Source: an uncultured Ignavibacteriota bacterium
GTDB lineage: Bacteria > Bacteroidota > Ignavibacteria > Palsa-1295
Direction of reading: 5' to 3'
DNA length: 64,000 nt
Assembly (NCBI GenBank): GCA_903900335.1
Contig: CAIUMP010000056.1
Span: forward strand, 157,020 to 221,019
Position 1 is the first letter of the stretch. Each line of letters starts with the position of its first letter. Under the pieces are notes generated by a model, which did not search any database, had not been told where the DNA came from, and saw nothing but the letters and a program-made list of their open reading frames with translations. Positions 44,249 through 54,151 of this stretch are shown one piece after another. The translations under genes were made by a program, and so were the position numbers.

Positions 44249-46348
44249 GTGAGCATCAAAAGTCGTACATATAATAACAGTAGAACCTTCGTGCCCAGCC
44301 TTACAGACGTTTCCACGATGATTGCCCCGACCGAGGTACAGCCAGCCAGCAAGGAGTTCTGGCTGCGTGTAGCGCGTACCGTACTTACTTCACGCGCCAT
44401 CGATCGCATCGAAGAGCAGGAGATGACCCCGAAGGGTCTCGTAACGTACCAATTCTCCGCTCGGGGTCACGATCTTGCACAGGCCATTCTCAGCGAGATG
44501 ATAACCCATCCGCATGATGGCGCAACCTGCTACTACCGCTCCCGCCCCTTCGTGCTAGGACAGGGACTTACAGCGGAGGAAGCATTTCGCGGCTCGCTCG
44601 CTCGTTCTGGTGGAATGACCGACGGACGAGACATCGGCGTGGTGCACTTGCTTCGTCGCCGTGAACGTGGGACGGTGCTTCCGGCTTCCGGCGATGTGGG
44701 AGCGCAGTATTCACCAGGCGCAGGTTGGGCGCAGTCCGTTCAGTATTATGCAAAGACGCTCAGCGACAAAAATTATGAGGGGGCGATATCGGTTGCACTT
44801 GGCGGTGATGGCTCGACTGCCACGAATGGCTTCTGGGCAGCTCTGAATATCGCAACAACACTCGAATTGCCGATGCTCTTCTTCATCGAAGACAATGGCT
44901 TCGGCATCTCGACTGTAAGCGACTTCCAAACACCGGGCAAGAACATCGCGAAGAATCTTGCTGCGTTTACAAATCTCGAACTGTTCGAGTGCAAGGGCTA
45001 CGAGCCAGTTGATGCAGAGAAGAATATCCGCGCGGCTGTTGAGTACGTCCGCACATGGCAGGGTCCTGCGCTAATTCGTTTGGAGGTCCCGCGTTTATCC
45101 GGGCATTCGTTCGTCGATACACAGAGTTACAAATCTCCCGAGCTTCGCAAGACAGAGGAGTCGCACGACCCACTTCCCAAGTTGGAGGCGTTCCTGACCA
45201 AGAATCTGATCAGTGCGACCGAGTGGTCCGTGTTGGTTGACGAGGTGGAGTCGCAGGTGCGTGGTGCTTCCGATAGAGCATTGGCAGCGCCGATTCCCGA
45301 CACATCGATCGTAACCAAGCATGTATTTTCTCCCGAGGTCCAGAGTTCGGAGGAAGGTCCGCGCTCCTCAGCGCCGGGGCCGAGGATGAACTTGCAGGAC
45401 GCAGTCCGAAAGGTGCTTGAAGTTGAGCTTGAAGCAAATCCGAAGCTGCTCATCTTCGGCGAAGACGTTGGCGCGAAGGGCGGTGTACATGGTGCGACGG
45501 TGGATCTACAAATTCGCTATGGTGCGGATCGTGTTTTCGATACCTCGCTAAGCGAAGAGGGTATCATTGGTCGTTCCGTTGGTATGGCGATATCTGGGCT
45601 GAAGCCCGTGCCGGAAATTCAATTCCGAAAGTATGCAGATCCGGCAACTGAGCAAATAAACGATTGCGGCACGATGCGATGGAGAACGCTCTCGAAGTTT
45701 TCTGCACCGATGGTCGTTCGCATACCGGTTGGTTTTGGGAAAAAGACTGGCGATCCATGGCATTCTGTGTCCGGTGAAGCTGTCTTCGCTCACACGATCG
45801 GCTGGCGCATCGCATATCCATCGAACACGGATGACGCCGTCGGACTTCTCCGCACCGCACTACGTGGCGATGATCCCACGTTCTTCTTCGAGCATCGCGC
45901 TTTGCTCGATACGTCCCAAGCACGTTCGAATTATCCCGGTGATGAATTTACCTTACCGTTTGGCAAGGCGCGCTTGCACCGCGAAGGGACAAGAGCAACG
46001 GTAGTTACATGGGGCGCGATGGTTGACCGGGCAGCACAGGCAGCCGAGGGACTGGATGTGGAAATTCTTGACATGAGAACCATCGTCCCATGGGATAAGG
46101 AAGCTGTTCTCAAGTCCGTTAAGAAGACTAACCGGGTGCTCGTCCTCCATGAGGACAACTGGACATGCGGCTTGGGTGGTGAGATCGCGGCGACAATTAG
46201 TCAGGAAGCCTTCACTTGTTTAGATGCACCAGTTGAACGGCTTGCGACTGCGGATTGCCCAGTGCCGTATAATACGACGCTGATGGATGTTGTGGTGCCG
46301 ACGGTCCAGAGAATTCGCGAGAAGCTTGAGCAGCTTGTAGTATTCTAG
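44249..46348 (+). CDS. 2-oxoacid dehydrogenase E1 component, fused alpha (TPP-binding) and beta (transketolase-like) subunits
   Basis: The N-terminal half has the E1-alpha TPP motif region (…GGDGSTATNGFWAALNIATTLELPMLFFIEDNGFGIST…). The C-terminal half is E1-beta-like (…LIFGEDVGAKGGVHGAT…IPVGFGKKTGDPWHS…). The 699-aa length is as expected for a fused protein. Confidence 0.8.
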   Translation: MSIKSRTYNNSRTFVPSLTDVSTMIAPTEVQPASKEFWLRVARTVLTSRAIDRIEEQEMTPKGLVTYQFSARGHDLAQAILSEMITHPHDGATCYYRSRPFVLGQGLTAEEAFRGSLARSGGMTDGRDIGVVHLLRRRERGTVLPASGDVGAQYSPGAGWAQSVQYYAKTLSDKNYEGAISVALGGDGSTATNGFWAALNIATTLELPMLFFIEDNGFGISTVSDFQTPGKNIAKNLAAFTNLELFECKGYEPVDAEKNIRAAVEYVRTWQGPALIRLEVPRLSGHSFVDTQSYKSPELRKTEESHDPLPKLEAFLTKNLISATEWSVLVDEVESQVRGASDRALAAPIPDTSIVTKHVFSPEVQSSEEGPRSSAPGPRMNLQDAVRKVLEVELEANPKLLIFGEDVGAKGGVHGATVDLQIRYGADRVFDTSLSEEGIIGRSVGMAISGLKPVPEIQFRKYADPATEQINDCGTMRWRTLSKFSAPMVVRIPVGFGKKTGDPWHSVSGEAVFAHTIGWRIAYPSNTDDAVGLLRTALRGDDPTFFFEHRALLDTSQARSNYPGDEFTLPFGKARLHREGTRATVVTWGAMVDRAAQAAEGLDVEILDMRTIVPWDKEAVLKSVKKTNRVLVLHEDNWTCGLGGEIAATISQEAFTCLDAPVERLATADCPVPYNTTLMDVVVPTVQRIREKLEQLVVF

Positions 46349-47922
46349 CGCGCGCTAGGACTTTCTCCCGTAACACTGGAATACTCGCGGTAAATATAGC
46401 ATCGCTTCAAAACGGTGTCGAGATGGTATCGCTGAAGGAGAAGCTCCCGAAAGCCCGGTAGATCGAGCATGACTGGCAAGGTTGTCACCGAGTCCGGCAC
46501 GAAAGGATTCAGTCGCAGAGCTTGAAGGACGACGAGCTTCGGCCGTTCCCTCCGAATTGTCTCCACAAATTCCGATCGCCACTCTCGTTGATAGGATGTG
46601 AACTCTCCATTTCTTTGTGGAGTGACAAGAGGAAACATCGTAGTGAATCGCGTAACCGGTCTTGCGCGAAGCCGCCACTTAATTGCCGCAGAGTAGGACG
46701 CAAATTCCACCTTGTCCGAACCGGATGTTTGTCCGTTGATATACTTCGCCACTTCTTGCTCCGGTATTTCGCCTAGATTGGGGTCGCCGGCGTTTGCGGA
46801 GTTCGTGTTCGCGGCCTTGGGAGGTCCAATGAGAAAATGTTGAGCGAGTTTCACTGGGCCAGAAACAATTGCGACTGTACCGATAATAAGAGCAAGAAGG
46901 ATAGATCTCCATGTCACACCACTGGAGGCCCAATCAACAAGCAATGTTGTTAGAACGGGTATGAGCAGAGCGAAGACAACAATGAAATGGTAGCCATAGA
47001 ATTTGCGCATGACGATGATACCGATAATGGCGCTGGCGACGGAAAGCACGATGTACCACCGCTCGGATACTCGCGAAGGAGCCTGTGCGATGTGCCGATT
47101 GCGTACTCGATTCAGGAGAACTACACCACTCCAGAATAGAATAAATGCAAGAAGAACATAGGCGCGGTTTGCGACGAGTGAGCGCTCAAACATGCCACCA
47201 TACACGTCCAGGTTAAAACGAATGACGGTGAGGTAGAGCTGGCGTAGTCCATCGGTCGTAGTGGCGTAGGGCAGTATGACGATCCCTAGCGTCAGTAAGA
47301 ACCCCGCCACAACGGCAACAAAACTCTTTCGGCCTGTCGATGTGCGGATGTCCGCGACGGACAGGAACGGTGGAAAGAGAAAGAGCGCAAATGTGGGACG
47401 TATGACCGCGGCGCATCCCAGGACGATTCCTGCGCTCGCAAAGCGAAGCATCCCACGCGTGTCAAGAGTATGGCTTTCCGCCGCTCGAGAACTGTCGATG
47501 ATAAGATAGGTATATAGCAGGAGGATGGGTGTCGCGAATCCCTCCCGCTGACCCATCAGCAAGATGGGACCGGAGACATACTGCGCGGCATATAAGATAC
47601 ACGAAAGCAAAGACGTGGCGGGAGAGAGCCAAAGTCGGCAAACCCGATACAATGCGAGGACGCATCCTACCTGGACAAGGTACTCGATCAAGCGGAATCC
47701 GGATTCAGAATTTCCGAATAGCTCGATCGCTGCGGCGTGGAAGAGGATGATTCCAGGAAAATTCTGATCCCAACTGGCTAAGTAAGGGAGCCCATGGTAC
47801 CGCACAAGAACCACCGCCATTGATTGGTATGTGTGGTTGTCGCCGTGGAAGGGATACAGCAGAATGACCGGTAGGATCAGAACCGCAATGAGGGACAAAC
47901 CTACGAACGGGTGGATACGCAT
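46345..47922 (-). CDS. polytopic membrane glycosyltransferase, GT39/ArnT-PMT-like
   Basis: It has ~11 TM helices. The N-terminal loop has an Asp/His-containing motif (…LYPFHGDNHTYQSMAVVLVRYHGLPY…) as in GT-C mannosyl/arabinosyl transferases. Its start codon overlaps the stop of the upstream acyl-CoA dehydrogenase by 1 nt. Confidence 0.55.
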   Translation of the reverse strand: MRIHPFVGLSLIAVLILPVILLYPFHGDNHTYQSMAVVLVRYHGLPYLASWDQNFPGIILFHAAAIELFGNSESGFRLIEYLVQVGCVLALYRVCRLWLSPATSLLSCILYAAQYVSGPILLMGQREGFATPILLLYTYLIIDSSRAAESHTLDTRGMLRFASAGIVLGCAAVIRPTFALFLFPPFLSVADIRTSTGRKSFVAVVAGFLLTLGIVILPYATTTDGLRQLYLTVIRFNLDVYGGMFERSLVANRAYVLLAFILFWSGVVLLNRVRNRHIAQAPSRVSERWYIVLSVASAIIGIIVMRKFYGYHFIVVFALLIPVLTTLLVDWASSGVTWRSILLALIIGTVAIVSGPVKLAQHFLIGPPKAANTNSANAGDPNLGEIPEQEVAKYINGQTSGSDKVEFASYSAAIKWRLRARPVTRFTTMFPLVTPQRNGEFTSYQREWRSEFVETIRRERPKLVVLQALRLNPFVPDSVTTLPVMLDLPGFRELLLQRYHLDTVLKRCYIYREYSSVTGESPSAR

Positions 47923-49094
47923 TATGAGCGGGTTTCCTTCCCAATCACCTCCCGAGCAATGACGATCTTCTGAATGTGTGCTGTTCCTTCGTAAATCTGT
48001 AGTCCCTTGATATCGCGATAATACCTCTCCACAGGATACTCATTCGAGTAACCTCGTCCACCATGGAGCAAGACAGCATCGGATGCTGCCTTGCAAGCGG
48101 CCTCCGTCGCGAAATACTTGGCGACGGATGTTTCCGACTTTGACGGCAGCCCCTGATCCTTCGTCCAAGCAGCGCGATAGACGAGGAGCCGCGAGGCATC
48201 GAGCGAAGCTTTCATCTCCGCGATGCTTGACTGCACCATTTCGAAATCGCCGATGCGTTGTCCGAATTGCTTGCGCTTGCGAACAAAATCGACTGACGCA
48301 TCCAGGCACGCCTGATGCACACCCAGCGCGCCTGCGGCAACACCAAGTCTGCCGTGATCGAGCGCGGACATCGCGACTTTGAAGCCTTTTCCTTCGCCGC
48401 CGAGCACCATCTCGCTGCTTACGAAGCAATCTTTAAAGACAATATGTGCGTGGTCGCTCGCGCGGTGACCTAACTCTTGTCCCGGCATGGGGACGCGCTG
48501 CACACCTTCTGATTCTAACGGGACCAAGAACGCCGTGATGCGCTCGTGTGGCTTCTTTGCTTCGAACTCAGGAGCAACGAGTTTTGCAAAGACGATGGCA
48601 AGTCGAGCGATGTTGCCGTTGGTAATCCAGATCTTTTCGCCGTCAAGTATGTAGCCGCCGTTAACCTTTCTCGCTCGCGTACTGATGCTTGCCGCATCAC
48701 TACCTGCTTCTGGCTCCGTGAGCGCATAACATCCAATTTCACTGCCGCTCGCAAGCATCGGTAGGAATTTTGTCCTCTGCTCCTCGCTGCCCCAATGATT
48801 AATGCACTGCATCACCAGCGAGGAATGCACTGTCATGAATCCCCGCACACTCGAACAGGCACGGCCAAGCTCTTCATAGATGAGCGCGAGGGAGAGGTGA
48901 TCTATCTCACTTCCGCCTAACTCCTTCGGCAGCGTTGCGCCGAGCAGACCAAGCTCCGCCATTTCGGTGACGAGTGAGAGAGGCATCTCGCCAGTCTCAT
49001 CCATTTCGCGGGCTATCGGTGCGACGCGGTTTTGCGCAAAGTCCCGCGCGACGCGCTGCCAGTGCTGCTGTTGCTCGTTGAGTGTGAAATCCAT
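47922..49094 (-). CDS. acyl-CoA dehydrogenase (glutaryl/short-chain type)
   Basis: Acyl-CoA dehydrogenase signatures are present: …CYALTEPEAGSDAASI…GEKIWITNG… and the C-terminal …YEGTAHIQKIVIAREVIG. The length is 390 aa. Confidence 0.85.
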   Translation of the reverse strand: MDFTLNEQQQHWQRVARDFAQNRVAPIAREMDETGEMPLSLVTEMAELGLLGATLPKELGGSEIDHLSLALIYEELGRACSSVRGFMTVHSSLVMQCINHWGSEEQRTKFLPMLASGSEIGCYALTEPEAGSDAASISTRARKVNGGYILDGEKIWITNGNIARLAIVFAKLVAPEFEAKKPHERITAFLVPLESEGVQRVPMPGQELGHRASDHAHIVFKDCFVSSEMVLGGEGKGFKVAMSALDHGRLGVAAGALGVHQACLDASVDFVRKRKQFGQRIGDFEMVQSSIAEMKASLDASRLLVYRAAWTKDQGLPSKSETSVAKYFATEAACKAASDAVLLHGGRGYSNEYPVERYYRDIKGLQIYEGTAHIQKIVIAREVIGKETRS

Positions 49095-49495
49095 TAGTCG
49101 TTAATTACAGCGATGCCTTCGATCTCGATAAGCGCACCATCCTCGAAGAGCGACGCGACCTGTACGAGAGACATCGCCGGAAAATGCTTCCCGAAATATT
49201 GGCGATACACCCCGCCGATCTCTCTTAGCTTTGCTTGATAATCGTTCTTGTCCTTCACGAAGATGAGCAATCGTACGATGTCCGTTAACTCACCGCCAGC
49301 AGCTCGCATCGTAATTTGAAGATTCTGCATCGCTCGTTCGAACTGCGCGACAAGATCATTCTCGCCAACGATAGCGCCGCGATCATCGAAGGCTACTTGA
49401 CCAGCGAGATAGATCGTGCGTCCGCCGCGTGTTTCGACAGCGTGGGAATAGCCGACGGGCTTGACGAGGGATTCGGGGTTGATGATTCTGTTCAT
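49094..49495 (-). CDS. RidA/YjgF family reactive-intermediate deaminase
   Basis: The 133-aa product has …AGQVAFDDRGAIVGEND…QNLQITMRAAGGELTDIVRLLIFV…, the RidA pattern. It overlaps the stop and start of its neighbours by 1-4 nt. Confidence 0.8.
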   Translation of the reverse strand: MNRIINPESLVKPVGYSHAVETRGGRTIYLAGQVAFDDRGAIVGENDLVAQFERAMQNLQITMRAAGGELTDIVRLLIFVKDKNDYQAKLREIGGVYRQYFGKHFPAMSLVQVASLFEDGALIEIEGIAVIND

Positions 49496-50037
49496 GAGCC
49501 TGTGCTAACATTGCGAGCGACCTGTTGAGGTACCACGGATTGCCTCGCGAGCACGAGCGTGCCGGCGATCATATCGTGCATGGCCTGCTTCTTGGGGGTG
49601 AAGCCCGCCATAATGTAGCCGATCCCCAGAACGATGCCAGACAGGAACTTCGACAAGTTGCGCCCGACCGCACGCCCGAATGTGATGCGGTTCCCGATTT
49701 CGTCTGTGACGCAGAGCCCAAGTGCTAACTTGCCGAGCGTGCCCTGGCGCTCTGAGCTTTCCATGAGAGGACCATACAATACCCCTGCAAGAAGAAGGAG
49801 AAAATACATCATCACAAAGATACCGGCTGCAAAAGGACGCTCGCCGTGTTCAACAGGAGCAAAGCCACCTGTGACGAGGAGCATGATCAGCATGAGGATT
49901 ACAGTTGCAACCCAAACAACTACAGCATCGATAACAGACGCCCAGAACCGCTTCCAAAATCCTGCGTACTCTACGAGCGTGGCTTCCGGTGCCGAGTCCG
50001 GCAGTGGGGAACTCATCGAATATTCCATGGAATTCAT
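49492..50037 (-). CDS. RDD-family membrane protein
   Basis: An N-terminal YAGFWKRFWASVIDAVVVWV… segment is followed by 3 TM helices and an R-D-D-like region. It overlaps the RidA start with an ATGA-type overlap. Confidence 0.6.
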   Translation of the reverse strand: MNSMEYSMSSPLPDSAPEATLVEYAGFWKRFWASVIDAVVVWVATVILMLIMLLVTGGFAPVEHGERPFAAGIFVMMYFLLLLAGVLYGPLMESSERQGTLGKLALGLCVTDEIGNRITFGRAVGRNLSKFLSGIVLGIGYIMAGFTPKKQAMHDMIAGTLVLARQSVVPQQVARNVSTGS

Positions 50038-50114
50038 TGATTTGTTGAAGGACAGAGAACAAAGATACGAACAGCCGTCGATAACAATTCAGACACCGCT
50101 CAAAGGACGCGACA

Positions 50115-50909
50115 TTATCTTCCCTCAAACTTCGGCTTCCGCTTCTCGACGAACGAAGCGTGAAACTCCTTGTGATCGTAGGATTGCAACATCAGCGCCT
50201 GCGCGGTGGCTTCCTGCTCGATGGCGGATGTTAGATCCATGTTCCATTCATTGTTGATGAGGCGCTTGGTCAGACCAAGAGCCATCGTCGCGCTGGAGGC
50301 GAGACGCTCGCTGAGTGCGAGTGCAGTTGATTCTAACTCCGCGAGTTCAACCACCTTGTTCGCTAAGCCGATGCGATAGGCCTCCTCCGAAGTGATAGAA
50401 TCACCCAGCATCAGCATCTCCGTCGCGCGCGCGAGGCCGACGACTTTCGGAAGCAAAAATACGGCGCCCATATCGGCGGCGGTCAATCCGACCTTCTGGA
50501 AGAGGAATGCGATCTTCGCTTCCTTCGCAAAAATACGGAAATCGCTTGCAAGCGCGATGACTGCTCCGGCACCAGCCGCAATTCCATTAATCGCGGAGAC
50601 GATGGGCTTTTCCAGCAACCGCATATTCGTGATTAGCTCGCCAGTCATTCGTGTGAAATCCAACAAACCCTTGACATCGCGCTTCATCAATTCGCCGATG
50701 ATCTCATGCACATCGCCTCCAGAGCAGAAGCCGCGACCGTTGCCTTCAATCAGCACGGCGCGAACAGCGTCGTTCGTGCGAAGCGCATACATGAGGTCGG
50801 TAAGATCGCGATAGACTTTGAACGTCAGCGAGTTCAGCGTATCAGGCCGCGCGAACCGCACGCGGGCGATGCCGTCTTGTTCAGAATAATGGAAGGAATT
50901 AGTTTGCAT
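50115..50909 (-). CDS. enoyl-CoA hydratase/isomerase (crotonase superfamily)
   Basis: From the ATG at 50909 the product is MQTNSFHYSEQDGIARVRFARPDTLNSLTF…AVLIEGNGRGFCSGGDV…. This includes the crotonase oxyanion-hole motifs. The upstream 56 codons of the track ORF are unlikely to be translated. Confidence 0.8.
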   Translation of the reverse strand: MQTNSFHYSEQDGIARVRFARPDTLNSLTFKVYRDLTDLMYALRTNDAVRAVLIEGNGRGFCSGGDVHEIIGELMKRDVKGLLDFTRMTGELITNMRLLEKPIVSAINGIAAGAGAVIALASDFRIFAKEAKIAFLFQKVGLTAADMGAVFLLPKVVGLARATEMLMLGDSITSEEAYRIGLANKVVELAELESTALALSERLASSATMALGLTKRLINNEWNMDLTSAIEQEATAQALMLQSYDHKEFHASFVEKRKPKFEGR

Positions 50910-51064
50910 GGGAATCGGATTGGGGCGATGGCGAATGCCGGCTTTTTCTTGACTTGCTACAATCGTAAAGCCGCTCATCCGGTTTCCGGGAAGCGCGGCT
51001 ACTAAACGCGGGGCGCGATTGTTCTGCGCGTTCGGCATTCTCGCGGGCTGGCTTTTCTTGCCTT

Positions 51065-53386
51065 GTGACGCGACCAATCACGACCTCTGCACTCAACTCA
51101 TCCATAGTCTTGAATATCCCGACGCACAACCCGACCGACAGCCTCATCACACCGAAGGTTACCATTCCCATACCTACGCTTGATGATCTTCCGCAGCCAT
51201 TGCCAAAGCCTATCGCACGGCTTGAGGAGGTTGCGCGGAATTTGTGGTGGAGTTGGTCGCCTGAGGCACGCGCGGTCTTTCGAGCAATCTCCGTCTCGCT
51301 TTGGCGCGCGACGGATCATAACCCCGTGAAGATGCTGCGGCAGGTCAAGCCTGAGAGGCTTGAACTTCTCGCAAATGACAAGGGCTTTCTTCGGAAGTAT
51401 CATGCGCTCATCAAGTCGTTCGATGAGTACATGGATCGGGTTCCGGGTGCCGGGTCTCGGGTATCCGGGGGAAGTAAGTCGAAATCGCGCGCGGCGAAGG
51501 CAAGCCCGAAGATCGCGTATTTCTCCGCTGAGTATGGATTGCATGGAAGCCTTCCGATCTATTCCGGCGGCCTCGGGATTCTCTCCGGCGATCATTGCAA
51601 AACGGCAAGCGATCTTGCTCTTGATTTCACGGCGCTCGGATTCATGTACCCGCGCGGATACTTCGAGCAGGAGATTTCGGCTGACGGCGAGCAAATCCCT
51701 AATTATCATGACATCGACATCCCGGATGTTGCGATTGAGCGCGCATATCTCAAGAGCGGCGAGCCACTCATCGTCGCACTGCCGCTGCAATCGCCGGATG
51801 ATCTGCTGTATCTGCAAGTGTGGCTTGTTCGCTGCGGACGCGTGAAGATCTATCTGATGGATTCGAATCTGGAGATCAATCCGCCCGCGAGCCGCGAGAT
51901 TTCGAGAAGACTGTACGGTGGGGACAGAGAGTATCGTTTGCAGCAAGAGATCGCGCTTGGCATCGGTGGTGTGCGCGTGCTTCATGCGCTTGGACTTGAA
52001 CCGGATGTGTGGCATGCGAACGAAGGACACGTCGCATTCATGATGCTCGAACGCTTACGCTTGGCGGTCAAGGATGGCATGTCATTCGAGGATGCGAAAG
52101 CGTTCGTTCGCAAATCATCAATCTTCACAACGCACACCCCGGTGCCCGCCGGTCATGATGCGTTCTCGTTTGAACTCATCGAACAGTACTTCTCCCATTT
52201 CTGGCGAGAGCTTGGTATCGACAAAGAGCAGTTCTTCGATCTCGGTCGCCACAAGGAGGCGTGGGGCGAGAACTTCAACATGACGGCGCTCTCGATGAAC
52301 TTGTCCTCTCAGCGGAATGCCGTTAGCAAGAAGCATGAAGAGGTGACGGCAGAGATGTGGCCGGAGTATGTGGGAAGTGCTCCGTCGAACGTGCTGAGTG
52401 CAAAGTCGGGCTCAGCGCAGTCATCAATGCTAACCAGCGTTACCAATGGGGTTCACACCCGTACCTGGCTCGCGCCGGAGACGGAGAGCATGTTCACACG
52501 TGAGTTGGGCAAGGACTGGCCCAAGCACTTAGATGATCCGGCGTTTTGGGAAGCAGTGCGTGATATTCCCGACGAGACATTCTGGCGCACGCGCAATGAG
52601 CTCAAGACCAGTCTTTTCAGCTTTATCACCGGGCGGGCGCGACGCAAATGGCAGACCGTAGCAGGTATGGGAAATACGGCCCCTTCTCCTGATACCCGAT
52701 TTCTCATCCCAAGTGGAATGCTGCTCGACCCAAGCATTCTCACCATCGGTTTCGCACGCCGCTTCGCAACATACAAACGCGCCACCCTTCTCTTCAAAGA
52801 CATCGAACGCTTGAAGAAATTACTTAGCGATCCACTTCGTCCTGTTCAATTCATCTTTAGCGGCAAGGCTCATCCCGCCGATGAAGGCGGCAAAGCGATG
52901 ATACGCGAACTGTGGGAGATCGCCTCCGACCCCGCGTTCGGTGGTCGCATTGCTTTCATCGAAAACTACAGCATGCACGTTGCGAAGTATCTCGTGCGCG
53001 GTGTGGATGTATGGATGAATAATCCGAAAGCACCGCTCGAAGCATCCGGCACCAGCGGCATGAAGGCCGCGATCAATGGCGTGCCGAATTTCTCCATTCT
53101 CGATGGTTGGTGGATGGAAGGATGGAACGGCGCGAATGGCTGGGGCATCGATGGCGCGACATCTGGCTCCGAGGAAGAGCAGGATCATATGGATGCAACC
53201 AACATGTACGATGTTCTATCGAAGGAGATCATTCCGCTCTATTACGATAAGGCATCAGATGGCATCCCGCACGAATGGCTGAAGGTTGCGAAGGAGTCTA
53301 TCGCGACGCTGGTGCCAGCGTTCTCGACTGAGCGGATGCTGCGGGAGTATGTTGAGAAGCTATACATTCCGGCGGCAAAGAAGTAG
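51065..53386 (+). CDS. alpha-glucan phosphorylase (GT35; maltodextrin/glycogen phosphorylase family with a DUF3417-type N-terminus)
   Basis: The N-terminus has …LEEVARNLWWSWSPEA…. The body has …IAYFSAEYGLHGSLPIYSGGLGILSGDHCKTASDL… and the PLP-site region …FSGKAHPADEGGK…. Confidence 0.85.
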   Translation: MTRPITTSALNSSIVLNIPTHNPTDSLITPKVTIPIPTLDDLPQPLPKPIARLEEVARNLWWSWSPEARAVFRAISVSLWRATDHNPVKMLRQVKPERLELLANDKGFLRKYHALIKSFDEYMDRVPGAGSRVSGGSKSKSRAAKASPKIAYFSAEYGLHGSLPIYSGGLGILSGDHCKTASDLALDFTALGFMYPRGYFEQEISADGEQIPNYHDIDIPDVAIERAYLKSGEPLIVALPLQSPDDLLYLQVWLVRCGRVKIYLMDSNLEINPPASREISRRLYGGDREYRLQQEIALGIGGVRVLHALGLEPDVWHANEGHVAFMMLERLRLAVKDGMSFEDAKAFVRKSSIFTTHTPVPAGHDAFSFELIEQYFSHFWRELGIDKEQFFDLGRHKEAWGENFNMTALSMNLSSQRNAVSKKHEEVTAEMWPEYVGSAPSNVLSAKSGSAQSSMLTSVTNGVHTRTWLAPETESMFTRELGKDWPKHLDDPAFWEAVRDIPDETFWRTRNELKTSLFSFITGRARRKWQTVAGMGNTAPSPDTRFLIPSGMLLDPSILTIGFARRFATYKRATLLFKDIERLKKLLSDPLRPVQFIFSGKAHPADEGGKAMIRELWEIASDPAFGGRIAFIENYSMHVAKYLVRGVDVWMNNPKAPLEASGTSGMKAAINGVPNFSILDGWWMEGWNGANGWGIDGATSGSEEEQDHMDATNMYDVLSKEIIPLYYDKASDGIPHEWLKVAKESIATLVPAFSTERMLREYVEKLYIPAAKK

Positions 53387-53423
53387 CGGACGGCTTCTCT
53401 GCTGCCGCTTTCCTGGCCGTGGG

Positions 53424-54032
53424 CTAACGAGGGTCGCGATTCTCGAGCTTCTTAAGCGCTCCTTGCTTCTTAAGCGCCCCTTGCTTTTTATTAGCAGGTT
53501 TGCTGGTCAGAATAAGTCCTGCGCGTTTGCCGCGTGTGGCCTTAGGCTCCTGCATCAGCGTCACCTTTTCGCGGAAGTGCGCGCCGACATGCTGGTACTT
53601 TGCTGCGGGAGCTTTCTCGAACTCCCACCGGGACTGTGCGTTACCTGGTGTGCTTCCTGTCAGGACATACCAGGTCCCTGACTTGCTACGATGGATCGTC
53701 CCTTCGAGATCGGATTGATACATATTCGGGTCGAGCGGCTGCCGCTTCAGATCAAGCCGCTCGATGACTTTCACAATGTCCCCGATCATACAAATCGACG
53801 CAGTGCCCTTCATATGCTCGACGGACAGCCGGGTGGTCAGCCCCTCGACATGCAGCGGATGAATCATCGCTGTATCGCCGAAGAGTTCATATTGTTTGCC
53901 ATCAGCAGAGGCGAGGAACCAGCAGCCACCTTCGAGATTCGAGTGATGCATCGTGCCGGATATGGTGAAGGTCTGGGCCTGTGCAGCGCAGGTGGAGGTG
54001 AGGAAGAGAACGGTGAATAATACTGTTTTCAT
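53424..54032 (-). CDS. secreted hypothetical protein with a C-terminal KKQGAL tandem repeat
   Basis: It has a signal peptide (MKTVLFTVLFLTSTCAAQAQ). It ends …KPANKKQGALKKQGALKKLENRDPR. The 18-nt unit is duplicated at ~53447..53482 (aagcgctccttgcttctt / aagcgccccttgcttttt). Confidence 0.5.
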   Translation of the reverse strand: MKTVLFTVLFLTSTCAAQAQTFTISGTMHHSNLEGGCWFLASADGKQYELFGDTAMIHPLHVEGLTTRLSVEHMKGTASICMIGDIVKVIERLDLKRQPLDPNMYQSDLEGTIHRSKSGTWYVLTGSTPGNAQSRWEFEKAPAAKYQHVGAHFREKVTLMQEPKATRGKRAGLILTSKPANKKQGALKKQGALKKLENRDPR

Positions 54033-54151
54033 AAGCTTGTGATTGAACAGCTCTGGTTCTTTACGGGGCTCGATGTGAGAAGTTTTGAACTTTCCTTACT
54101 TTGAACGCCTTAAAACGGTGACAATTTCCATTATTCCGTATTTGTTGTCCG

